Assembly (NCBI GenBank): GCA_021613535.1
Contig: CP075493.1
Span: forward strand, 7,998,001-8,062,000
From: Adineta vaga
Taxonomy: Eukaryota > Animalia > Rotifera
Direction: 5' to 3'
Length of the DNA stretch: 64,000 nucleotides
The translations under genes were made by a program, and so were the position numbers. Below, piece by piece: positions 13,487 through 26,264 of this stretch (the stretch's first letter is position 1; the number at the start of each line of letters is the position of its first letter). The notes under the pieces are model-generated. The model was not told where the DNA came from. It saw nothing but the letters and a program-made list of their open reading frames with translations, and made no database searches.

Positions 13487-16239
13487 ATGAATCGATTATT
13501 TCTTATTCTTGTTGTTTGTCTTGTTATACAAGGAATAACTGCTGATATCAAATCAAAACGTAAGTTTCTTTTTTTCAAATTCAAAACTTTTTCTAGTTAA
13601 TTTCATATTTTGTTTTGTTTATGATAGGACAACAATGTCGTGATATGGTTGGTGATCGTTCGAATTGTCAACGATTTGTTCGTTGTTTTCATAATGTACG
13701 AGTTTTATTTACATGCGCAGCTGGTACCGCTTATGTACCTGAATTGAAAACATGCGTTGAAAAAGATCAAGTTAAAAACTGTGACGATTCAAAAGATCGA
13801 ATTGGTATGTTTCGAAAGATTTCGATTACGAAATGGTTAGAAAAAATGAAATTCTATTGTTTCTTTTTTTTGTGTAGATATAACTATTACTACAAATGCT
13901 ACTCACAGTAATGAAGAATATCCAACAATTGAAGCTGATGCGAATGCACTTGACGGTCTAAAACAAAAAGGTATCGCAACAAAAGTTTCAGCTGCTAATG
14001 TACCAAAACAATTTGGTTGTCAATCATTTTGTCAAAATCAAGGTGTTTGCGTTCTTGTTGCTCAATCAGTTACTTGCCGATGTCCAACTGGTTATACTGG
14101 TGTTCAATGTCAAGTAACACGTAAGATCAAAAACAAACGATAATCTATCGTACCAGATATATATATTTAAATAAAGAGTTTCTTATCTCGACAAAGCAAG
14201 TCTGTGATCCGAATCCATGTGATAATGGTGGAATTTGTGTTGTAGTAAAACCAAATACAATTAGTTGTACTTGCTCACCAGGATTTGTTGGATCTCTGTG
14301 TAGTTATCCTGGTAATATTAGTAGATGTAGTATAAAGAATGATAGATTACTATTGAATATCAAAAAAGTTTTTCAGATATTACTTCCACCATTGAACTGA
14401 TTAATCATACTACAATGACGACTTCTACTCAAGCATGTTTAGTAAATCCTTGTTTCAATGAAGCTATTTGTGTGACTGTATCTAATGGAGATTTCTGTTG
14501 TATCTGTAGAACAGGTTCTATAGGTCTTCTATGCGACTATAGAGGTAGTTGGATGAGACAATTGAAAAGGAATAATTTTATTCTATCATTTTTCTCTTCA
14601 AGATCGTCCAACAACTATAGGTTGTGGAACGAGTAATCCTTGTTTAAATTCAGGAGTATGTATATCGACACCTACTGGTTATCAATGGCAATTGTCAGAT
14701 TAGTACAGGTACTAAACATAGAATTTACATTTAGAATAGTTTAGTTTTAGATATTAGTTAGATTTTGTTTCTCTTCTGAATAATCAAGCATCTGAAATAA
14801 TTTTGATTCGTTGTTTTTCTCTTCATCTAGCTGTTATTCTTGTTGCACCACCTAATCAATGTCAACCAACTCCATGGTACGAAATCATATTGATAATTGA
14901 GTTGAAATTTTCGAAACTATTTATAATCTATTTAGTCAAAATGGTGGTACCTGCTATCTTCGTCAAGGAACATTTGGTTGCTCATGTCCTGTTGGTTTCA
15001 GTGGTGTATGTTGTGAAATCAATTTAGCTGCAACAAATCCATGTTATAACAATCCATGTGTCAATAGTGGAACATGTCAAGTAGCTGGACCTAATCTTTT
15101 CCGATGTGTCTGTCCAACTGGTTTCAATGGCATTCGATGCGAATTACGTGTATGCGATCCAAATCCATGTTTATATGGTGGTATTTGCTTAGTTGTTGGT
15201 AATTCATTTCAATGTCAATGTCCACCTCAATATACTGGACCTACATGTGCAATTTTAATTCCACCACCAAATCCATGTGCATCTCAACCATGTCTCAACG
15301 GCGGTACCTGTACACCCACAAGTCCAACAAGTAAAAGAAATTCTATTTTGTTTATTTTAAAAACCACAATTTTCCTTGTATAGCTTATGTTTGCTCATGT
15401 ACACCAAGTTTCTATGGACCATGCTGTGAAATTCGTAACTATTGTATACCAAGTCCATGGTAAGATTTCAATTGATATTTATTCTTTTTGATTTATACTA
15501 TGAATTCTACGTAGTTATAATGGTGGTTCATGTGTTGCTACAACGACTGGTTATCTCTGTCAATGTTCATGGCCTTATACCGGTAGTAATTGCGAAACAA
15601 TAATGACAACACCAGCTCCTCGACCAGTTTGTGCTTGCGTTATCTGTCCATGTCCAGCACCAGTTGTAGCCGTATTTAACCCATGTTTACCTAATCCATG
15701 TCAAAATAGTGGTGGCTGTGCTGTTGTTCAAAATGTAGCTAGATGTTACTGTCAAAATAGTTTTACTGGTTACTATTGTCAATTTGGTAAGTGAATTTGT
15801 GTTAAATTTCTATTTATAATCGCTTTCCAATCAAATTAGCTCGCAAACGTGCTATGAGCAATGCTCCATGTTCAAATGTAACATGTGAAAATGGTGGTGA
15901 ATGTTATGTTAGTGAACAAGGCCCACAATGTACATGTCCAAAACCATACTATGGTGAACGTTGTGAAATGAGTAAGTATCAAATAAATGTCTTCAAATCA
16001 AAATATATCTATTTGATTTAGTTAACCGACCACGAACATGTAATCCAAGTCCATGTGGTAAAAATGGTCAATGTATTTCAACAAAAGAAGGCAATAAATG
16101 TGTCTGTAAAAATGGTACAACAGGTGTACTCTGTGAACAAAAACTTATGCCAGAAAATTATCGTTGGTGCCCAAAAAATTGTCAACCAGGTACGACTTGC
16201 GTTTTTGAAGGAAATACACCCAAATGTCGTGCTCTTTAA
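13487..16239 (+). CDS. Secreted protein with N-terminal chitin-binding CBM14/ChtBD2 domain and ~10-13 EGF-like repeats
   Basis: Signal peptide MNRLFLILVVCLVIQGITA. Peritrophin-type C..GDRSNCQRFVRC..LFTCAAGTAYVPELKTC..C domain. Repeated NPCxNGGxC...CxCxxGFxGxxC units; ends TPKCRAL* at 16239. Confidence 0.85.
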
Positions 16240-16421
16240 GTTAAATTAATTTTATTATATTAATTGTGCCTTCTGATTTTTCTTGTTTTACGTTGACACT
16301 ATATTTATTTCCTTCTCTCTTGTTTGTTTTTTTTTGTTTTAATCAAAACTTATTTATTGGTTTTTTATTTTATCGTTAATCCTATATAAAATTCATTTAT
16401 TTATTCTTAAACGTCATTCTT

Positions 16422-16793
16422 TTACCGTCTAGAGTATTTTTTAAATATAATTGTATAGAAAAAAAGAAGCAGAAGAATTAATATCGTATGCGAATTAGAT
16501 TTTGTAGAAATATTAGAATTTTGTTGTCGTTGAGTTGTTATACTATTGTTTAATAAAATAGATGGTGAGATCGTAGAAGAAGTTCGATTATCTCTTTGAT
16601 TTGTATAGAAAAATACAGGATACGAAGTCATATTTGCAATTGGTCGACCTGATATTGTTTGACTATTTGTATAATAATGATTATTCATACAATAGATTAC
16701 TAAATGAATTTCGATCGACAGTAAAGAAGAATGTACTGTTGAAATCTACTTACACAATAATACCGAAAGAATTCGTAGAGATGATCTTCTCAT
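16422..16793 (-). CDS. Small (~105 aa) orphan signal-peptide, Ser/Thr/Asn-rich protein with C-terminal hydrophobic anchor (2 exons)
   Basis: ATG at 16793 gives MRRSSLRILSVLL. A GTAAGT..TTTAG intron (~16753-16700) joins in frame to LIYCMNNHYYTNSQ...TILILLLLFFYTIIFKKYSRR*. Several NxS/T sequons. Confidence 0.6.
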
Positions 16794-18683
16794 ATTTGCA
16801 GCTTGAATATGGTTTACAAGAGAGAAATATACTGATTCTTATATATATGAATGAACAATGGAAGGAGTAATTTGAAATTAATGATAAAGATTTCATCTGA
16901 ATCATAGAATTACTCATATGTATTGTAATAGTCTATTTATTTCACATATAACTAGGATTTAATTGATATTCCAGAGTGTATATAAAGGTGAGAAGGACGA
17001 GACTTAGGAGTAAATTGTCAGATTGTATATGAAATGATTTCATCATTTGAATAGAAATGTATATTTAATTAGTTCGAAAAGAAAGAAAATATGGTGACTA
17101 ATGAGTATACTATCACTGATATAATTTTAAAAAGTGCAAGTAAACTTGTAACATTAAAGAAAAGTCGAGAAGACTTTGTGATCATTCTTTTTTTTTCATG
17201 AAGTGTTTGTTGTGTGGCAAGAGTTGTATAATAAATAATATCTTCCTGTTTTTATCATTTTCAGTTATTAATAACAATCAAAATCATTTACATATTCAAT
17301 AATAACTTGATTCTCATAATATTCCGTATGATTTAATCAAGTAGTATAGTTTAATTAACAAGAAAATAATGAATTCTCGAAAGGATTTCTTTTCACATGA
17401 TGAACAAAGATATAGAAGAAAATGCAAAATCCGTATATAAAATTCTTTTGTAAATTCTTTTTATTTCATTGCATATGTAATGCCAATAAGCCAACCGGAA
17501 ATGAAATGTCGGTCGTATACATACGTCTCTAGAAAAATCAATCGGTCGCTTTTCTTTTCTTCAATCATTTCCTCATCAATAAAATCTAATAGAATGAAAT
17601 GAACAATTTTCTACACTTACGATTGCTTGTTTACATGAATTTATTTTCCGTTCATTTTTTTATTCTTATTAATAAACCAATCAGTCGATCCACAAAGATG
17701 TATACACACACACACACACACATGTGTATCCCTATTTCTCCAAACATGCAACAGAATCGCAACGATATATTCTATTCGCATTTCTTCCTCATTCTATAGT
17801 ACGTGAAAAGGTTAAGATTTGGGATAATATATAAGAAAAAGAATGATAGAACTAGCTTTCCGTTAGCATGGGACTTTCTCGACAAGGAATATAAAAGAAA
17901 GAGAAAGGAGAAGAATGAAGAAGACGATCGACTACGATGATGATGATGATGATGAAGAAGGCGCATCCATCGAATAAGAAATAGAATAGAACAGAAAAAC
18001 CGATGTAATTGGTATCGCCATTAAGCGGCTAAGAGAAACTCACATGCATCGAACCAGTTATGATTCTATGAACGATGCGCGCGATAGCTAGTAATGACTA
18101 AGCATACAGCCTACTACTATCATTCTATCTATTCGTGTTGATTCGTCATCGTCTATCTTTAGCCAAAGCGACGATGACGGGCGTAACAATTCGACAATAC
18201 TTCTTGTTCATAAGAATGCTACAGTACTCACATTCATTCTTCCATTTGGTGAATGTTACTGACTGCCCGATAACAAAATCATAAGAAGAAGAAGAAGGAG
18301 AAGAAGAACAGGAATGATATATACACAAGTTTAGGTAATAATTATTTATGTTTTCTTTAATTTTATCACCCTTACAAATGTTGCATAGAAAACGCATGTA
18401 TTCGCCACACTTGAAGGAATCTATTCATTATTTTCCTACAGATTCTAGTAAAGTTATAGTGAAGAAAAAAGAACTCAGCAGGACCTTTTTTTTGTCTTTC
18501 TTTCTAAATCCGAGACTTAAATATTCTTTAGAATTACCTGTTGTAATAGACATATATATATGTCATTCTTTTAGCTATTATTTATGGTTGAACTCAAGTG
18601 AATACTCTATCAAAATTAAGTTAAAATCTGATGATTATAAATTTTGATTGGAAATATCGACGTCGAAAACAAAATCAACGATA

Positions 18684-21202
18684 ATGCAGATTCGTCGTCG
18701 TTGTCGACGTTATTATTTAACTCAGACATCGATGTTTTTCTTAACAATCGTATCTACCTTTGCCACGATGATATTCTTTCAAAGATATTTTTCAACTGTT
18801 TTTTTTCAACAACATTACGAAATCGATCAAATCTTTCATGCTGATGAAACTGATTTTGAAGATGCACATATCTTACCCCCAAAAAATGTTCATTTGATAT
18901 CGAAAGAATTCTATAATACAACATATTTAACGTGTCAATATCCAAAATTAACTATTGATAATCCAAATATATGGAAATATTTACAACCAGTAAAAAAAGC
19001 AAAACCTGATTGTGAAAAAGCAACGAACTGGGTTTATGTTGAAAATGGTTTGTTGAAAAGGAAAGAAAAGAAAAATTGACTAGAATAGTTATTTTTTTAG
19101 GTAGTTTTCGATTATCACAACAAGCGTTACAAAAACATGGAGCCATTGTTTGTGCTTATCGTCCAATTCTTCGATCCAAAGATGATTTTTCGACGATGGA
19201 AGGTGCTCGATTATTTCCTATTGTTGATAAAATGCCACTTGTATCAGATTTTTTTCGTGCTGATTGTCGAGCACGTGATGGAAGTTTCTATTCGAATATT
19301 CATTCAGGCATTATGTTCGATGCTGGTTTACATATGAGGTAGATTCATCATCGGTATGTAGATTTAAAAAATTTTTCCTTTCTTCTTTTCAGACATATAT
19401 GGAATCCAATGGTAAAAACTCATCTAGGTTATAATGTGTTAATGTTTGGTTTTGATTCCGTTTCTCGAATGACTTTCATGCGTTTCCTACCGAAAAGTTA
19501 TACTTATCTAATTAAAGAACTTGGAAGTATTGTAATGAAAGGTTGGAAAAAAGAATATTTGTATGTTGAAGATGTTATAATTGTCTTTCATTTATTTTCT
19601 TAGGGTATAATATTGTCGGTGATGGTACACCAGCAGCTCTTTTACCGATTTTAACTGGAAAGACGGAAAGAGAATTGCCGGAAGCAAGACGAGGACATAC
19701 TGACGCACAAACAGTAGATCGATTTCCTTGGATATGGAAAAAGTTCAAAGGTAAACGACGATCTTCTTTATTTATTAACAAACATCTAAGAAAAGCATAG
19801 AATGTATTGATATTTCATATCCGAAGGGATATTTTCAATGAACACTTGAGAATCAATTGATTCTTGAAAAGCTGTAATCAAAGTCATTTATTCTATGGAG
19901 AAAAGAACTGCTTTAATCATATATGAATGCTAATATTTATCTTCTTTAGATAATGGTTATGTAACACAATGGGCTGAAGATCTTCAAAATGTTGGTACAT
20001 TTCAAATGCGTTTAAAAGGTTTTCGTGATCAACCTGTGGATCATTATGGTCGTCCATTTTATCTTGTAGCTGAATCGATGCGTACATCTAAACCATATTG
20101 TTTTGGTTCAATAACACGTTTAAAATCCATGCTCAACTGGATACGTGATCTATATGATATGTATCCAATTCAACCGAAATTTTCCTTTGTTTTTCATTCT
20201 CAATATTCTCATGATTCAAATAATCGTTTACCCTATGGTGATGATGAATTACTTGAATTTTTAAAATTTATGCATCAACATGGTTATTTTGATAAGACAA
20301 TATTTATTTTAATGACTGATCATGGTGCTCGTTTTTCTTCCTTAAGAAAAACTTATCAAGGTAAATTAGAAGAACGTCTACCATTTATTTCTATTCGTAT
20401 GCCTCCAAGTTTTCAAGAACAATATCCTCGGATTATGTCTAATTTACGTTTAAATTCACATCGTTTAACAACTCCATTTGATTTACATGAAACATTTGAA
20501 CATCTATTTGAATTTCATTCAAATGAACCGTATCAATCGAAAACTAGTCGTTCATATAGTCTTTTACAACTAATTCCTGAAAATCGAACTTGTGAACAAG
20601 CTGATATTGAACAACACTGGTGTGCATGTCTTCATTGGAATGAAATATCAATTAATGAATCACTTATCTATAAATTTGGACAACAAGCTGTCGATTTTCT
20701 CAATGATTTTATTTCAGATTATAAAAATGAATGTGCAAAATTAAGTCTATATCAAATACATAAAGCAAGTCAATTAAAACCAAATGATCGATTATTAAAA
20801 TTTGTTGGTTCAAGTGATAAAGATGGTCGTGTACCAACTTTTCGTAACCAAACATTAAAAAGAATGAATAAAACAATAGACTTAAAGCAAATGCGATCTT
20901 ATCAAATTCAATTTGAAACTATACCTGGACATGGTCAATTTGAATTAACAGCTGAATACAATCCAATGAATGATACATTTCTTATTCGAAAAAGACGTTT
21001 AAGTCGAATGAATAAATATGGACATACATCAGCTTGTATTGCACATAAAAGACCTGAGTTTCGAGAAATTTGTTATTGTTCTAAATTGTTAAATCGTACT
21101 CAAAAATCGAATCCTTTTCTTGTTAATTCTGTTCGAAAGAATATGAAAAAAATAATAAAAATGTCGAAAACTGTTGTCCAGAATAACAGTTTGCATGTGT
21201 AA
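18684..21202 (+). CDS. DUF229-family type II membrane protein (alkaline phosphatase/sulfatase-like superfamily), 5 exons
   Basis: N-terminal anchor; NVLMFGFDSVSRMTFMRFLPKSY, GYNIVGDGT, GFRDQPVDHYGRPF, YSHD, MTDHGARF, GKLEERLPF, RLTTPFDLHET, RTCEQADIEQHWCAC, SRMNKYG are typical DUF229 motifs. Confidence 0.9.
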
Positions 21203-21517
21203 TTAAAACTATACAATAATAGAATTAATTATATTGTAAAAATGTTTTTCACTCTAATAACACGGATTGTAAGCTAATGGTTAATTTTGCTCCCTAAATG
21301 TAAGATTAGTAATTATCTTACGTCATGAAACACTTTGATACATATCTTCACTACGTCATTTTTTTTCATGATAAAAGTATTCAAATTTATTTAGTGAGTC
21401 AAGTAAAGGTGAAAATGGTTCGCATCTTAAAAGAATTCAGTTATATATATGATCCATGTACGTTTCACTATCATTACAAAAGCAAACGTATCTGAATTAT
21501 CATCTTCTATCGATAAA

Positions 21518-22342
21518 ATGCATATTATTTTATGTGGAACTCTTGTTATAATCTATTTAACAACTACTGTTCAATGTCAAGGAGGCGGTGGAAGTGGTTT
21601 TGGCGGAGGTAATATACTCAATTTGTTTTTGAAATCCCGTGTTAAATGATAACATAAATCAATGTTTGACTTTTCGCATTATCTTTAATTTAGTAAAATG
21701 CTCATGTTCTATTTAGGTGGTTTCTCTGGAGCTGGAATCTTTAATTATGGAGATTATGGTAGTTCATGTACAGGTCCAGACTGTCCTTCAAGTACAGTTA
21801 TTTGGTTGAGTATACTCGGTGGTATTATTGGAATACTTTCATTAATATTCGGTGTAGCCTATTGCATTAAATATTGGAATGGACGTCCACGACAATCAAA
21901 TATATTATTTATTAGAAATAGAATAGTACAGAACTGTGAACAAGAGAAATCTTATATGAATATATTTCAATCTGGTTATTGGAAAAGTCAATATTTTCAA
22001 TATGGTAAATGGCATGGATCTTGTCGATTTTCTCTTTCATTTAAAGATGGTTCGCATCAGACAGTTACAGGATCAGGAACTGATGATGTAGGAAAATTTA
22101 CTATCCAAGGAATATATTCAACTGAAACAGGTCGATTAGGTCTCACAAAAGTCTATCAAAAAGGTACTGGTAATCCATCTCAAAATTTAGGTCATCAAGT
22201 TACCATTCAATTAACATGGAATCCAACAAGCAAGCAATTTGAAGGTAAATGGTATGTACAAACGAAGATGTATCATGGTGAAAATAAATTTGAACTAAAA
22301 TTCGATGGACATCATCTATCAACTGTATATGAGAAGATATGA
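21518..22342 (+). CDS. Single-pass type I membrane protein: Gly-rich short ectodomain plus cytoplasmic all-beta domain (2 exons)
   Basis: Signal peptide MHIILCGTLVIIYLTTTVQC, Gly-rich linker across intron ~21609-21717, TM VIWLSILGGIIGILSLIFGVAYCI, then SGYWKSQYFQYG..GSGTDDVGKFTIQG..LTKVY..NLGHQV..FEGKW. Confidence 0.75.
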
Positions 22343-23568
22343 CGCAATAGGATTGTTTTCTTATTTTTATGTTTTCAAATAAGTAATAAATTATTATCAT
22401 GTAGTTACACTATTCACCACCAGATGTATGACAATACTATGCTAGATCGTAATTTTCAAATCTCTGCTCAACAATGTGTGTGCAGTTTGGAGATGCGTGT
22501 CTTAAATTCGAAGTATGACTCGAGTACAAGATAAAAAGAAATATGATGAAATCTAGTCGGAAAAAAGAGTCATTTTAAAAGTGGAGATGATACGTGCGAA
22601 TAGCAACGTTTATTCAGAGAGATCCCGTATAGCACATGTGTCACACAATTTTCTTCACTTTTTAAATGGAACCATAATTTAACATCACGTCATTTGGAAA
22701 ATATGTATGATAAAAACTCGACACATACGTTTATAGTAAACGAAAAGGAAAAACTAATTATGCGTAGGTCATGCTCTAATGATATGAATCAATAATAAGA
22801 ATAACAAGAAATGTTATCACTTCGTTAGTTTGATATATCGTCGGGTGTCATGCCAAAGAGCAAAAAGTATTTCGATGATGAAGTTACACACTGAAAACTA
22901 TTGGATTTCCAATATGATTGAGATAGTACAAAGTAGAAATGAAGGTGAAATATCACTTCGTTAATATATGTTTGTATGTATTGCTCAATTGATATTGTAT
23001 TAGAAAGTCTTAAAATATTAATGTCTATAGAATGATATGATTTTATTAGTATTCATTAAGTTACTAATGATACACGCTACTTTATTCAATATATGTCCTT
23101 GTTCTAGAAAAAAGAGAGATGATATAGTTTCCTTTTTTCTTTCTCGGTTTTTCCTGCTCAATTGATTGACGACAACCAACGTGTTCACTCTGTAACCATC
23201 GCAAAAAAAGAAAATGAGCGATAGAAAGAAAAAAAAAGTTGTTAAGTACGGCTGTTTTTTCTTCTTCTTTTTTTCTTAGAATTCTGTTGCTAACTAACTG
23301 TAGTTGAGATGTGATCGTTCATAGCTTACACGGCGCGGTCATATATGCAGAAAATTCGCTTATTCGTTCTGAGAGAAAAGCAAGAACACACACACGCTAA
23401 CTTTTTTTCTTCTTCTTTATATCCATCTATTACCAGCTGAAGAGAGTGAAAGAAAAGGGAAGAAAACTATCTTTTATATTTAAACACCATCGTAATATAG
23501 ACAAGTATCACATTATATCTAAGCATATAATTTATTACACTTCACAATTTTGTCTTTTAACTAGTCAC

Positions 23569-24345
23569 ATGACAACTCTTTCATCGTAAGTATAAATCTA
23601 TTTGAAGGATTCAAATTATGTTTTTTTTTCTCTACATCATAGGTTTTCATCGATGACGACGATGTTACAAACATCACAAATCATTTGGCAAAGTGTTAAT
23701 CTAACTGATGAACTTAAAATAAATCTTGAATATGATATTGATCGAAATTCATTAAATATATTTGTGAAAAATACGAATGATAATAAAGACTTATCTTGTT
23801 CTCTTAATGTCCTATCCGATCAAAATCAAATCAAATCAAATCTGACAACAATTTGTCGAACTTCCTCAGATATTATACAACAAGGTTTGTTTTTAAAAGA
23901 TAATCATTCTCATTGTTAAATCACTTGAATTGTTTCTTTAGATGAAGATAATGAATCAACGATTTGTTATGAATTATCAACTACTTATGTTTATGATATA
24001 ATCGATGAGAACGAAATCAATGATCAAACTGATATGAGTCAAACAAAGATGACTTTTTCTTCTTCATCATCATCATCCTTTTCCTGCTTTGATGATCAAA
24101 CGATGGATAATGATGATGGATACTCTACACATTCACTTGACGATATCGAACAACAATCAATAGTGATTCCTTCATCCAAATCAATCGTACCCTTCTTTTC
24201 ATCTTTACATCATTATAATTCTTATTCTCATTATTCAGAACAGTATGTTTCACCTATTCGTCGACTAATTGAACAATTGACGTGGCAAAATCCATTTAAA
24301 AAGACGATACATGACATGTTAATAATGAGTCATCTTTTCGGTTGA
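23569..24345 (+). CDS. Hypothetical acidic/Ser-rich protein (3 exons)
   Basis: ATG 23569; phase-compatible GT-AG introns (~23586-23642, ~23885-23941) join three ORF segments into one frame. No recognisable domain. Confidence 0.6.
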
Positions 24346-24750
24346 CTAATTAAATTGATGATCAACATTATCAGCATATGTCGAAAGACATGTTTCTCTG
24401 TGTTTGTGATGTATGTTTGAATGTATTTTGCATGTGCATGTGACTTTCGTCAATATTATTTTTCTTTGTTGGGGTTTAAGTAACGTTACGGAGGTTGTCA
24501 TTATTAAAAAATATGAGTCATCCACATAAGTATATACTCAAATTATTGGAAGCTGAAGGTGAAGAAAAAGAAATTTTAATCCTGCCTGAAGCTACCATCG
24601 ATATTTAAATGAAAAAAATACATCGCTACAATTTTTCTTCTCTTTATTTTAATGTTTTTCTTTCTTCTTTATAGATTTTATTAACCAACTTGCATGTACT
24701 TTACATTATACATACATCACTGAATAAACGAACATATTTCCTTTCTTCTA

Positions 24751-25458
24751 ATGAATAAACTAAACTATACATATGTCAACGAACATTCAATATCAACATC
24801 ATTAATATGTCCAATTTGTTTGGATATATTACAAGATCCACATACACATATCTCATGTGATAGTGCCTTTTGTCGATCATGTCTACTGAAATTAGCAGAA
24901 CCGATTTGTCCAATTTGTCGATGGCATTGGAATGATACAATTCATATTGATTATAATATATATTTACCAAAAACGAATCGATTAATTCGTAATATGCTTG
25001 ATGAATTACAAGTTGAATGTATTGATTGTAAGACAATTCATCAACGTGGTCAATTTGATCATGATTGTAAACCTCTGATGGTTTCATTGCCAGAAAAATC
25101 AAATACATGGGAAAACTTTCAAATGTTCTCGACGACTTTGATGATCTTTGTTTGCATATTATTGGTTTATTTCTATCGAGATATTGTTTTTGAAAAAGCC
25201 ATTGATAATCATTCTCAAAAGAAATTACTGTATAGAAATGGTATTGATATTGATAAGTATTTGTTCGATAAAATTTACTATTCAATAGTTAAAATTATCG
25301 AATATTCCTTGGTAGTTTTTTTATGTAATTTATTTCTTTGGTTTAATATTTTATTCTACGGTGATCGTTTTGCATCGAAAACGACAAATCAAATATTGAA
25401 AAAAATCCTCGAAACTTCAATTATTATTAATTTAATTACGTATTCAATTTACTATTAA
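24751..25458 (+). CDS. Intronless RING-finger (C3HC4-like, TRAF/LNX-type) protein with C-terminal transmembrane helices; putative membrane E3 ligase
   Basis: LICPICLDILQDP..H.SCDSAFCRSCL...CPICR, then NRLIRNMLDELQVEC..C; three hydrophobic C-terminal segments. Confidence 0.8.
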   Translation: MNKLNYTYVNEHSISTSLICPICLDILQDPHTHISCDSAFCRSCLLKLAEPICPICRWHWNDTIHIDYNIYLPKTNRLIRNMLDELQVECIDCKTIHQRGQFDHDCKPLMVSLPEKSNTWENFQMFSTTLMIFVCILLVYFYRDIVFEKAIDNHSQKKLLYRNGIDIDKYLFDKIYYSIVKIIEYSLVVFLCNLFLWFNILFYGDRFASKTTNQILKKILETSIIINLITYSIYY

Positions 25459-25538
25459 AATCTTTATAAAAGAAAAGATATTTTTTTTATGTTTTTAAAT
25501 TTCATTTTTTATAAATAATATAGGGAAATAAAATACAT

Positions 25539-26068
25539 TTAATCAAGACGCATTGCTTTAATGAAATCTTGTTGTCGTTGTTTCGCCATGCGAATAAGAT
25601 TTTCACGATCACGAGTATAATCGATTAATACATCATTAAGATTATTTTTGAAATCAAGAGATTTTTCTGATTGATTAGCACGTATTAAAGTCATGATATT
25701 ATTTGACGATAATATTGGTTTAGGACTAAGAATTGATTTGTAATCAAAGCTATTTTCAAATGGAATATCAGCTGCAGAACCATATCGAATATAATGTGGT
25801 GATTGAGGTTTTACTTCATCATTTGCTTTTTCAATGATTGAAGCCACAAAATTTGTATCTGTTGACTTGTTTTTATTTATAACTATTTCAAAGCCATCAT
25901 CTATATGTAAGATAAATAAATATTGTTAAACAAAATAAAAAAATATTCAAATAGAATTTGTTTAGACTACTTACCATAAATAATTTCAGATGTTTGTGGT
26001 AGATTTACTGTTGATGTGTTTGAAAGAATTTCAAAATCATCCACATCCCAATCGGCTCGTCGAGCCAT
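25539..26068 (-). CDS. Hypothetical ~150 aa protein with two LIR/AIM-like motifs and C-terminal helical segment (2 exons)
   Basis: MARRADWDVDDFEILSNT...EIIY, intron 25974-25901 (GTAAG..TAG), DDGFEIVINK... in frame with ORF 25539-25847. Confidence 0.7.
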
Positions 26069-26264
26069 TTTAAAAAAATGAAATTGTCAATTGAGTTTTG
26101 TTTTTTTGCAGTTAAACAGAAAAAAATGACGAAAGCTTGCAGGTTTTTATAGTACTTATTCAATGACGCAGTTTAGTAAAGGTGTGATCACTTTATGTGT
26201 TTTTTTTCTCTTTTCTCTTCTAACATTTGAGTGTTAAATAACAAGTAAGAAAAAAAAAGAATAG

